DNA of 61,461 nt, counting the filler. It is 13 parts of 13 records of this genome, joined end to end, with 100 filler letters (N's around TTAATTAATTAA, not from the genome) between each part and the next. Parts side by side here need not be neighbours in the genome. Positions count along the whole stretch, not along the records: positions 1 to 3,122 come from SRR7504441_11904; positions 3,223 to 6,422 come from SRR7504441_11909; positions 6,523 to 9,866 come from SRR7504441_11911; positions 9,967 to 15,897 come from SRR7504441_11912; 9 more parts are not named here. One strand, given 5' to 3'. A model generated the notes under the pieces. The model saw nothing but the letters and a program-made list of their open reading frames with translations, was not told the DNA's origin and did not search any database. Of this stretch, positions 1 to 9,979 are shown piece after piece (the first letter of the stretch is position 1; the number at the start of each line of letters is the position of its first letter). Position numbers and translations under genes: made by a program.

Positions 1-187
1 AGGCGGCGAGGCAAGCCGGCGAGCTGCGCGTTGCGCAGTTTCGGCGGCCATGGTCGGCGCATCGGGTGGGCCCGCGGGCCCGCCAGCCGCCGGTCTGGGC
101 CGCAACGGCTGTCCCAGTGAGCAGAGGTTAAATTAAACAAAAAAAAACGCCCGAAAAGGAAGGAGGAAGTGGAGATAGTTAACCACC

Positions 188-3065
188 ATGCGCACGCTGC
201 TCCTCGCGTACGCCCTGGTCGCTGGAATGGCCGCCGCGGTGCCGCTCCAAGTTGATGGCGTCTTACTCGAGCGCGGTGATGACGCACCAGCCGAGGGCAA
301 GCTCGGCTTCTGTGGCTGCGGTTGTACGGTGGCCTTCAAGCCCGGGCAATCGAAGGCGGATAAGAAGCTGTACATGTCGATGATCCTAGGCTACTGCGAC
401 AAGCTCGGGCCGGCAGGCAGATGGCTGTGCAGGATAGGCGCAATGGTGCTGCCACCTGGCGGCTTTACCTGCCTGTTCTGGCGCAGCAGTGCCTGCTCGG
501 CGGCCGAAGACAAGAGCGGCGGGCACGGCCTGGCCGACTTTGTCAACAAGGGACTGGCCGGCCATATCGAGCCGGCTCAGACCGAGTGCTCTGGTTCGTT
601 CCAGACCAGCAAGAGCGAGCCCTCGGAGCTTGTGCAGCGGCCCAACCTCAGAGCCTCGAGTGGTTTGGTCCCGGAGAGCGAGGGGAGGACAAAAAACCCG
701 AATTTCACCATGGCACCTAAGCGTAGAGTCAGACGTTCCGCCCGTAAGGGTCGCAAAGCCCGCAAGGGCCGCAAGAGCAAGCGCCGTCCCCGCAAGGGCA
801 AGAAGCGCTCGAAGCGCCGCAGCCCGCAGCGGACCCCAGCTGTGAGTCCATCTAGCGAGCCTGACTGAGCCGGCCCGGCGGCTTTGCGGCACTGACGGTG
901 TGGCAGGGGGAGCTCTGCGCTTGTAAACCTGGAGCGATGAGGCAGCTGCTGGGCGCCTGTTCCTGTTCAAAAGGAAATGGCATAGACATGGGAGATGAGG
1001 ACGTGGACGCAGAGCTGCAGGCTCTTGAGGGTCTGCAGGAGTCCCCGAATCTGCCCAAACCTCTAGAGGTATTGTTGAAGGCGTTTATGAATCAAGCAAA
1101 CGCCGGCGTTAGCCCTGGTAAACAAGCTCGACTGAAAGTGCAGCTTCTGATGGAATTGTGCAACTTTAGAGTTAATCTGTTCAACCTCCGCCAGAAGAAA
1201 ACAGCTCTTCTTGGTTCGGAAGAAAAGAGTCCGGAAGAAGTGTGCGATGTCCAAGCGGTGAAGGGCATGTGCAAAGAAACAGACCTGACGCAGTGCCGTT
1301 ACTCAGCTTTGATCCCCGCAGACTGGATGCCGGGTGGGTTCAAGGCAGCAAAGATGCTTAAGAAAGCACGTGACAGTTCTGGAACTTATGTGTATTTGAC
1401 CACAGTAGTGAATAGCTGGAACGCTAACAAGCCGTCAGTCGGTGCTGTGCTCAAGCAAATGTATCTCCCGTGGTTGATCTGGTGGGAGTCTGCAGTGATA
1501 GGCAAGCTTCAAAGGAAAGGCGTCGAACCCGGAATGGCGTCAAACCCGAACGTTGTGAAGCTGATGTTTGTACAGGAAGAGGTGCTCAAGATTGGACAAA
1601 GCCAAGAATTGGTACCAGTCTCTTAGATTGCATGTATAATGCGTGTAGGTATATGTTGCCTACTCCTGGGCCACGATGATTGAGGTTTTGTTGCTTCAGG
1701 CAGGACGCAAGGAAGCAGCACTGGCGTTCCACCAACCGAGCAACAAGGACCGAGACTACGTTGACCTGCCAAGTTTTCACGACGTTTCTGAAATGTTTGA
1801 AAAGACACTTGGCCAAGGACTGCAGCAGGATGTGTTCAAGAAGCGTGCGAGCATGGCACTCGAGAGAATGGAGGAGACACTCGGGAAGAAAATTTGGGAT
1901 AAGAAATACAATAAAGACAGGAATTTGCATCCATGCAGAATTCGGAAGGAATACAATGAAGACAGGAAACCGGTGAATGAGCAAGATGTGATCAAGCTTG
2001 CAATTCAGATGGCAGAAGCGCTCAAGTACATACACTCGCAAGATATTGCGCATCTTGATGGCCATCTCGACAATTGGATGTTCAGCAACAGGAAAAAAGG
2101 AGGAGACCGAGAGCTTAAACTGATGGATTTTGACCAGTCTCGCTCGAGTTGCAGGTGAGTATAATATGCACACGATATCTTTATCTAAATAGGCTGTGCT
2201 CTGGCTGGACAAGCTGAGCTGTGACCCAGGAACCCATTGGATGTGGAATGCCCAAAGGAAGAACGATGGCTGTCTCGTAAGTGGAGCCTGGGCGGAGGGA
2301 GCGTGGCTGATATCTCCCAGGCATGGTTGCAAAACGGACATGGAGGCATAGACGAACCCATGCTGGATATGACTATATGGCGTGGAGGACGAACTGCATC
2401 CAATTACTTATCACCCGAGTTAGACAGAGATCAGGAGTTTCCATTGACTCAGGTGGATGTGTGGGCGATGGGGCTGGTTATCTACCAGCTCCTCACAGGC
2501 TACTGCTTCCCTGGGTGGGATCAGAATCATGACCAGGATGGTGAACCCAGAACCTATGATGATGACGAGATCGGCCCCGAGTGGCCCGGAAGCGCGCTGC
2601 GTCATGACATGAAGAACGGAAGGTTCAAGCTCAGTAGTAACGCTTTGAAGCTCCTCCAGCACTTGCTTGATCCTGACCCAAACAAAAGGTTCACTGCGAA
2701 AAAAGCACTGCGCTTTTTAGTTCGGTGAGCAATAGCTGTTGAGGCCTCTATCGTAAGTTGTGAGCCTGATTTGCAGGATGAGGAAGCCCACTCAGGGACG
2801 GAAGCATACGAGTTTTCAAATTGACCAAAGCGGTATGATGAAGAATTCATTGCCAAAGAAGGGCATGCGTGAGTTTTCCCCGGAGCCTTCTGGACCTGAA
2901 TCTCAACGGAACACCATCCAGCAACAGCCTCGTTCTCGACAGCGTTCTCGACAGCGTTCTCAAGCTTTTCAAGGCCAACCTCGGTCTCTGTCAGGCTCTC
3001 GTTCTCGAAAGCGTTCTCAAGCTCAATCGTTTCAGATAGATCAGATGGATGTGGACAGGCACTAG
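188..3065 (+). CDS. Signal-peptide-bearing divergent Ser/Thr protein kinase with Cys-rich and Arg/Lys-rich N-terminal regions (spliced)
   Basis: ORFs 188, 898, 1676, 2237 and 2760 join in frame via GT-AG introns 842-906, 1612-1648, 2155-2229 and 2725-2776. Signal peptide MRTLLLAYALVAGMAAA. Kinase motifs: AVLK, NPNVVKL, HLDGHLDN, LMDFD, YLSPEL, DVWAMG, DPDPNKRFTA. Confidence 0.7.
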
Positions 3066-3122
3066 ACGGAGCATTCGCCTGAGTCACCGAGTCCGCAATC
3101 CGAAACGATCATATCATAGTCC

Positions 3123-3222
3123 NNNNNNNNNNNNNNNNNNNNNNNNNNNNNNNNNNNNNNNNNNNNTTAATTAATTAANNNNNNNNNNNNNNNNNNNNNN
3201 NNNNNNNNNNNNNNNNNNNNNN
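3123..3222. other. Artificial contig-joining linker (N44-TTAATTAATTAA-N44), first of 12
   Basis: Identical 100-nt blocks with a 12-mer giving stops in all six frames. Blocks start at 3123, 6423, 9867, 15898, 25258, 30739, 34252, 37922, 41364, 45461, 49827 and 53565. Confidence 0.98.
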
Positions 3223-4968
3223 GACTTCGACGACGTGCTGGCGCTGCTCACCCTGTTCAACCTGCCAGAGCACGAGGTGCAGCTGGTAGGTGTCACCACC
3301 AACTACCAGCCGACCAAGCTGCGCAAAGCGGTGGCCGAGTCGATGCTCGCCAAGGCCGGCCAAAGGTTCAGCCGGGTGCCGGTCGTGGCTGGGAGCGATT
3401 TGGTCTGCGGCTCGCACCGTGAATTATTGTTGTTTGGGAACGAAGGCCTCGGGCTCGAGCAGCAGCCGGGCTGGTGGGCGGCGAGCGACAGCGACGAGGC
3501 GGTCGAGTTCATCTATCAGGCGGCGCTGGCGGCTCCGGGGCAGGTGGTGGTGTGTGCGATCGGCATGTGCACAAACCTCGGGATGTGCCACTACTTGCAC
3601 CCTGATTTTGAGCAGCTGGTAGGGCACGTCTTCTGGATGGGCGGGGGCGGAGTGTGCACCCAGCGGCACTGGCAAGGCCAGCAGCCGCCCCCTTTCAGGC
3701 TGCCTGCATACCCGCACGAGGGTGTCAGATGGATGCGGGGGCTCGAGCTGGCCGACGATCAAATCTCACGCGGCCAAACCCGACCAGTCACGCTACTCCC
3801 AAACCACAACGCGTCGGGGGATACGCTGGCCACCTGCCTCATGTTCCAGATGAGCTGTCCGATATCGGTCATTTCACATCGGATTACCAAAGCACATTTT
3901 CTAAGGGGGAAGGCGATCGATTCACTTCTAGAGGCAGGCAGGATGCACGAAGCCGGCCAGACCAGTGCAGGGCCGGCTGCCTTCCAGCAAGCCGGAAGGT
4001 ATCTCGTCGAGTGGTTTAAAACGCGGGCAATGAAAGCAGGCCAGTGCACACACGACCCTCTCACCCTGTACGAGGCGATCTACCCGAGCCTTCCCCCAGT
4101 AAACCAACCCGCCTCGGAAGACGACGAGCCGCGCTTCGTTCCAGGCAAAGCGAGCTTGCGTTATTGCTGCGGCACCTTTGTCGCGCACGAGTGGGCTGGG
4201 TTCCTCACGTTTGTGCCCGATCCTAGCGGGCCCCATCGAATTGCGATTGATGCACTCAATCCACGTCAGTGGTTGGAGTGGCTAGAACATACGATTATGA
4301 CCGGTGTGGCCGGCTTGTCCACCTTGAGCCCCTTCAGAGAAATCCGCGCGGTCCACGACGAGACCACCGTCCGCGTGTACCAGGCCTACAACGACGCGAT
4401 TGCCGACGCTGCGGTGGCAGCCAACTCGTTCCAGGGAGCGCTTGAGTTGGGAGTTTGGTCGGTCAGCCGCATGTCGTGGGTGAAGCCGAGTGCAGTGTGG
4501 ATGGCGTACCGGTGTGGCTGGACTACACTCAAGGACAAAAACCAGCGGCGGGTACTTGCACTCGACCTGTCTCGCCCAAGGTTTGAGCAGCTGCTGATGG
4601 GTGCCCGGCTCTCGCATGGCGGCAGTGCTGCCAAGTGCAAGCAAGGGTTTGTGACGGTGCAGTGGGACCCGGAGCGAGTGATCTGTTCCGGCGCCGAGTC
4701 CAAGCAAGTATTCACCCGCGGGCTGAACAACGTGCGGTCGATCCAAGTCGGCATGCGCGGCGGGGCCTGGCTTCTCGATCCCGCCAATGTGCTCCGGATT
4801 ACCGACGTGACCGACCAGTTTCGAGGCGCGGTCAGCGCATTGGAGGCGGGAGACGAGGCGGCGGCCGCAAGAGCGCTGTGGCCAAAGGAGCAAGAGCGGC
4901 CGATGGAAGTGCCAGAAGCGCTTCGAGCCGTTCTTGACATGGATGCCATCGCCCACGATAAATGTTAG
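3223..4968 (+). CDS. Inosine/uridine-preferring nucleoside hydrolase-like domain fused to DUF4291 (5' truncated)
   Basis: Frame is open from the contig edge. Hydrolase-like motifs DFDDVLAL, AIGMCTNL, WMGG, HNASGD, THDPL. C-terminal DUF4291-like motifs EIRAVHDETTVRVYQAY, RMSWVKPSAVWMAYRCGW, VQWDPER, RSIQVG. Confidence 0.8.
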   Translation, partial: DFDDVLALLTLFNLPEHEVQLVGVTTNYQPTKLRKAVAESMLAKAGQRFSRVPVVAGSDLVCGSHRELLLFGNEGLGLEQQPGWWAASDSDEAVEFIYQAALAAPGQVVVCAIGMCTNLGMCHYLHPDFEQLVGHVFWMGGGGVCTQRHWQGQQPPPFRLPAYPHEGVRWMRGLELADDQISRGQTRPVTLLPNHNASGDTLATCLMFQMSCPISVISHRITKAHFLRGKAIDSLLEAGRMHEAGQTSAGPAAFQQAGRYLVEWFKTRAMKAGQCTHDPLTLYEAIYPSLPPVNQPASEDDEPRFVPGKASLRYCCGTFVAHEWAGFLTFVPDPSGPHRIAIDALNPRQWLEWLEHTIMTGVAGLSTLSPFREIRAVHDETTVRVYQAYNDAIADAAVAANSFQGALELGVWSVSRMSWVKPSAVWMAYRCGWTTLKDKNQRRVLALDLSRPRFEQLLMGARLSHGGSAAKCKQGFVTVQWDPERVICSGAESKQVFTRGLNNVRSIQVGMRGGAWLLDPANVLRITDVTDQFRGAVSALEAGDEAAAARALWPKEQERPMEVPEALRAVLDMDAIAHDKC

Positions 4969-5192
4969 GTGACACAGTCACTAGTCAATACATCGTATGA
5001 TACGAGTTCGTAAATCCTTACATGTACAATCATGATAATTCTCATCATTATTGTCATAATTATGTGTAAGAGAATAGCTCCGGAGGCGCGTCGCTCTATT
5101 ACCAAGTCTTGTGAGGGCAGTTACAACAAATTTAGAAGCTAGATTGGCAGCTTCTATATTTGCCGTGAGTCTGGACATAGTCTGGACAGCCC

Positions 5193-6400
5193 CTATTGCT
5201 CTGCGCTGATCAAAGCCTTTGGGATCATCAGTGCGGCCAAGCCTCGCCGGCAGCAGCCCATTGGTTCGATCTGCTGCCACATGTGCGCTTGCCTGTTGAA
5301 ACGCTCGGCGGAGCTCAGGATCCGGATTGTGTGGTCGGCGTCGGCCCCGCCCACCACGCAGTCCATCCCGCCGGCCACGACGATCTGGCCGAGCTCAGTG
5401 ACTGCGGCCGCGCAGCCCTGCCGCCTCTCGCACATGTCCGCGATCCGGCTCCACCCTGCCCCGGCCGACGGGTCGAGCACCTCGCACGAGTCGAGCGCCT
5501 TGACCCCGTCCGACCCGCCGAGCACCACCAGCAGCCCGTCGACTGCTACACAGGCCGCGTCCTGCCTTGGCTCACTCATCGGGGGAAGCGGGCTCCATTC
5601 GTCCGTCTCTGGACTGTACACCTCGCCGCTGGCAGTCGGCAGACGGTCCTGGCCGGCCCCGCCCAGCACTGGCCCCCGAGTCGGCCGGCTGCCCCGGGCC
5701 GGCTCACCGTACAGCTTGCCAGCCATCACGCAGCAGCAGCAGCCTTGCCGCGCACGGCTCATGTTGTTGGCCCGCCGCCACTGGTTGGTCGCCAGGTCGT
5801 ACCACTCGAGCGTGCTCAGCGGGCCGCTCAGCCCGTCGCCCCCGCCTGCCCCCGGCCGTCCCCGCCGCCGCCCCCCGCCCGCACCGGCCACGTAGAGCCG
5901 GTCGCCGATCACCCCGCACCCTGCGCCGGCCCGGCAGTCCTACCCGGCGGTCCAGCCCGCCCGGCCGGCCCGGCACCTGCATGTCGGCCGTCCAGTCCCA
6001 GTTGGCCTCGCGCGACCGGTTGAGCAACGGCGACCGGCCGCGCGCTTCGGGCAGCGAGTCGGCGGACCCGGCCGCCTGCGTGCGCGCCTGCCGTCCGGTC
6101 GGGCCCCGGGCGGGGCGGGAGGCCACCTCGACCGACTTGAGCGATATCCCGCCGTTAGCCCCGCCGGCCAGCACCAGCTGGCTCCGGCCGGCCGGGAGCG
6201 GGAGCAGGCCGGCGGAAGCGGCGCGCCGGGCCGATTGGAGCTCGGGCCCAGGCCGCCAGAGCCCGGTGGACGGGTCGAGCCACTCGACCGAATCGAGCTC
6301 CTGCGCGCCAGTCAGCCCGGCGGGACGGGCTCGGCGCCTGCCGCAGCTGGTCCTCGCCCCCGAGAACGCAAAGGACTTGGTCAGACTGCTCATCAGCCAT
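5193..6400 (-). CDS. Kelch-repeat protein (spliced)
   Basis: Repeated Kelch units (LVVLGGSDG...CEVLDP...W, LYVAG...LEWYDLATNQW, EVYSPETDEWSPLPPMSEPR). ATG at 6400. First intron 6301-6337 is GC-AG. Confidence 0.85.
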
Positions 6401-6630
6401 TTTTCAACGGCAGCACGATTTTNNNNNNNNNNNNNNNNNNNNNNNNNNNNNNNNNNNNNNNNNNNNTTAATTAATTAANNNNNNNNNNNNNNNNNNNNNN
6501 NNNNNNNNNNNNNNNNNNNNNNTCTTCCGCCAAGTTTTCAACGCGTAGGTACCGTAGATCTACGACATGCTCGCGCCTGCATGCAAAGCCCCAGCTGCGG
6601 AACTGAACAACAACCACCCGGTGCAAGGCG

Positions 6631-9605
6631 ATGGATGCCAGTGAGGAAGCGGTGGCGCGGGACCGGGAGTTCGCTGAGCAGTGGCGGGAGGAGCACGTGG
6701 CCGCCAGACTCCAGCTCGAGCAGCCGCGACTCGGGGTGCGGGCCAGCGTGGTGCGCCGGCAGCCGGGCTCGGCCTTCTCGCACCGGCGCCGGCCGAGCAT
6801 GGAGAGCACGGTGGAGCAGATGATGCCCTCCCGGCCGCGAGTGCCCAGGCTCGAGCTCATGAGAGCCAAGGTCGATTCGCTACTGGCCGGCGCCCCGCCG
6901 GAGCCCACCGAGCCTTCAGAGCAGCCCAGCTGGGACGCCCGGCTCTCGCCGGGCTGCCGGCAGTGGATGCGACGGTCCGGCAACGCCACGCTGGAGCTGC
7001 GGCCAGGGCAGGCTGACTCGGCCCGGGCCTGCCGGGGGCTGGGCGAGACCGTGGAGCGGGCGCTGGGGCTGCTGGCACTGCCGGAGCAAGCAGTGCGAGA
7101 GCTGCAGCAACGGACCGCGGCGCTGGAGGCGGTAGAGCAGGCGCAGGGCAAGGGCGACTCGTGGATCCAGGCCGGGGCCGGGCTCTGCCGCACACTAATG
7201 GCCTGGATATCTTTCCACGCCTTCTGCGAGCATCCGCCCTCTGCCGCCGGAATGCTCCGCCGTTCTCGGCTCCGTATACACAGGCAGCAAAGCCCACTAG
7301 CCGGGCTGACGGGGGGCAGCCTGGAGAACTCGTCATGGAACCTGGAGCACCCGGAATCGGAGCCGCTCTGGAGTGGGCCACTGCTGGCGGCTCAGGCAAG
7401 GCTGCGGGCCGAACTTGCGGAGGCGCTCTTGCCATACCCGATCCCTGCCGGGCAAGCCAACCAGTTTGGAGGGCTTTCCGAGCAGCTGCGGGGGGTGCGC
7501 CCGACGGGGAGCGCATGGCTGAGCGGCGCGGGCAGGTGGCGCGGACCGGGGAGCACACGGTGCGGGTGAGCACCAAGACTCAAGCAGTCGAGATGGTGGA
7601 CCGCCTCGGGCGGCTGGGGAGGGAAGCGATAGAGCAGCACGTGCAGCTGCTGGCCGAGCAGCTGGTCAGGGACTGGCGGCCGCCGGACGGGGTCGACCAG
7701 TGCAACCAGGCCATCCACGCCGTGCTGATCGCCGAGCGTGAAGACATTACGCGTAGCATAGGGCCGTACGCGAATGAGTTGTTTGGTGGCTTATTTGAGC
7801 TCAAAGCGCCGGCTGCTTGCCAGCCACCCAAGCTGGAGCTCGCGGTCGGCGAGCCCCAGGCAAAGCCGGCCAGCTCCGGCCGATGGGCTCGACTGCAGTG
7901 CCTCGCCCGCTCACGCACGATCGACCTCCGTGCAGTGCAGCAGCAGATCCAAGCCGATGGGTTCGGAGCGCTTGAGTCCGGTGAGCTCATAGCAGCGCTC
8001 GGGCTGAGCCTGTGGCAGCGGCCCGGGAGGCTGTGGAGGCCCTGGAGGCTGCGACGGTCCGGCAGTGCTGTGTGTGGCAAGCGAGCGCCCAGGCCGGGCT
8101 ACGGGAGGCTCAGCAGCTGACGGCCGCTGTGAGCGGCCTTTGCTTGCCGGCGCTCACCCATCGCAACTTTGAGGAGACTGGCTGGAAGCCGAGTGAGGAG
8201 GGCGTGTTTGACGGGTCAGGCGGGCAGCAGATCCGTGAGCACCTCGAGCTCGCCGGGCTGCAGGCAGCCGTGCAGCAGCAGCTCAGCTGGTTTGAGAGCT
8301 GGGAGCTACCTGCTGGCCCACTGGTGGAGATGCCGGCCACTCCCAACATGCAGCTAGTGGAGGTGGGCAGCGCTGGCCCAGAGCAGTCAGACATGGGCGC
8401 AATGGTCCCTCTATCCGGGCTAGCGGCGCTCGGATCGCTCGAGAAAGGCGCGATGGCTTCGCTGGCTAAAGGCAGCCGGCTAGGGGCGGTCAGGCGCTGA
8501 AATGCTGGCAGGTAAACGGCTCGAGTTGAGCCTACAGCCCGGCTGGCTGTCCCCGGACCACTTGGCCACGCAGCACGAACAGGTGGACCGAACCCAATCA
8601 AAGGTGGGCGCCCGCGCGGAAAGGATTGTCAAGGTGGCCAACTTTGCCGGCGCTGCAGCTCAGGCCACGATCAATCCAATGGCAGTGTTCTTCCAGGCAC
8701 TGACTGGGATCGAGTGTTGAACTAAGTGCGGGTCAGGTGTTTTCGATTGCGACCAGCCAGTATTACATGCACGAGATCAACGAGCAATTGGATAAAATCG
8801 ACAAATCGCTCAGCAGACAAGAGCTCCGGCAGGCGTGCGCCGCCGTGGGCACCCTGCAGGCCTGCGCCGTCCTCACGCAGGAGCTCAAACACGAATTCAG
8901 CGCGCTGTCGGAGCTGCCGGCCGACTGGCCCACACGGTGTAATCAGGTGCTTAGGGACACCACGCACGGCCTGTGCATCGCAGAGGCGGGTGTAGCTGTC
9001 TTCCTGTCCCGAATAGAGGCGTTTGTTGAGACGGCGGATCCTAAAGATCGGCTTAGGAAGCTCCGAGATATTCACGCAGAGATGCAAACCGCACAGCAAG
9101 AGCTCACCTGCTTGCTTGGTTACTCCAAGGCGACCAGCCGTGAGCTCTGTCTCTCTGATTCTGCGCGACCGTGCAGGTGTTGTTGCAGCTTCGTGAGCTG
9201 CAAGCGCTTGCTGACTTGCGTCTGGGCTCGGAGGTATGCTGATGGCTGGCTGGTGGGCTGAGCAGGGTGCAGCGGCTCTCGATCTCAATCATGAGGGTGG
9301 ACGACGCTCTACTTGGGATTTGCCAACGATTTGAGCTGTTTGGGCAGCTTGAGAAGCTGGTGAGAGTAGCAGAAGACGACGTTGCCGAGTTGAGCTGGCT
9401 TCAACGGAACGTGATGAACCGTTCAGCCGGAGTCTATGCGGAACAGGTGGCCAGTAGCATCAATGAGCTCCAGCGGAGCTTGAACGGAAAGGGAGAGTGG
9501 GCGCACCTCAAGTTTGTCTTGTCGCTCAATGACAGTGGCGATCAAGTGCAAGTTAGGGCCATAGCTGATGACGCCGAGGAGGCTCCATTACGGCTTACAT
9601 GGTAG
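6631..9605 (+). CDS. Hypothetical alpha-helical protein (spliced)
   Basis: ORFs 6631, 7161, 8012, 8502, 8737 and 9267 join in frame via introns 7495-7535, 7981-8018, 8472-8511 (GC), 8697-8736 (GC), 9130-9176 (GC) and 9234-9272. No family recognised. Confidence 0.6.
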
Positions 9606-9979
9606 CTTACTTATAAGATTACTCGTACAGTACAATAAAGTAAGCCCGGACATTTAATCGCGTAAAGTCTAGCGTGAAGGCCTCACACACGTTACCCGGG
9701 AGCTCAGATCTGAACGAGCCGGCGGAGCCGGGCAGGGCGATTTGATATTCGGACCTGCAGCTTAATACTTGCAGCTGGTATTGAACTAGGGATTGTTGAC
9801 CAAGGCACTCTCAGCTCACCTGCGGGCAGCCCCGAATCCGTGAGAATGCCACGGACCGCGCACACCNNNNNNNNNNNNNNNNNNNNNNNNNNNNNNNNNN
9901 NNNNNNNNNNTTAATTAATTAANNNNNNNNNNNNNNNNNNNNNNNNNNNNNNNNNNNNNNNNNNNNTCGCGCTCGTAAA

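Noticed and set aside
2929-3024. Tandem 12-mer cgttctcgacag repeats
   Set aside because: They encode RSRQ repeats in the last kinase exon. There are no spacers, so this is not CRISPR-like.
3167-3178. TTAATTAATTAA recurring 12 times, resembling a repeat array or piggyBac TTAA sites
   Set aside because: It is always centred in exactly 44+44 Ns, so it is an artificial six-frame-stop linker.
9700-9866. Possible last exons of a minus-strand gene at the contig end
   Set aside because: An acceptor-like site is present, but I could not establish a consistent frame or product.
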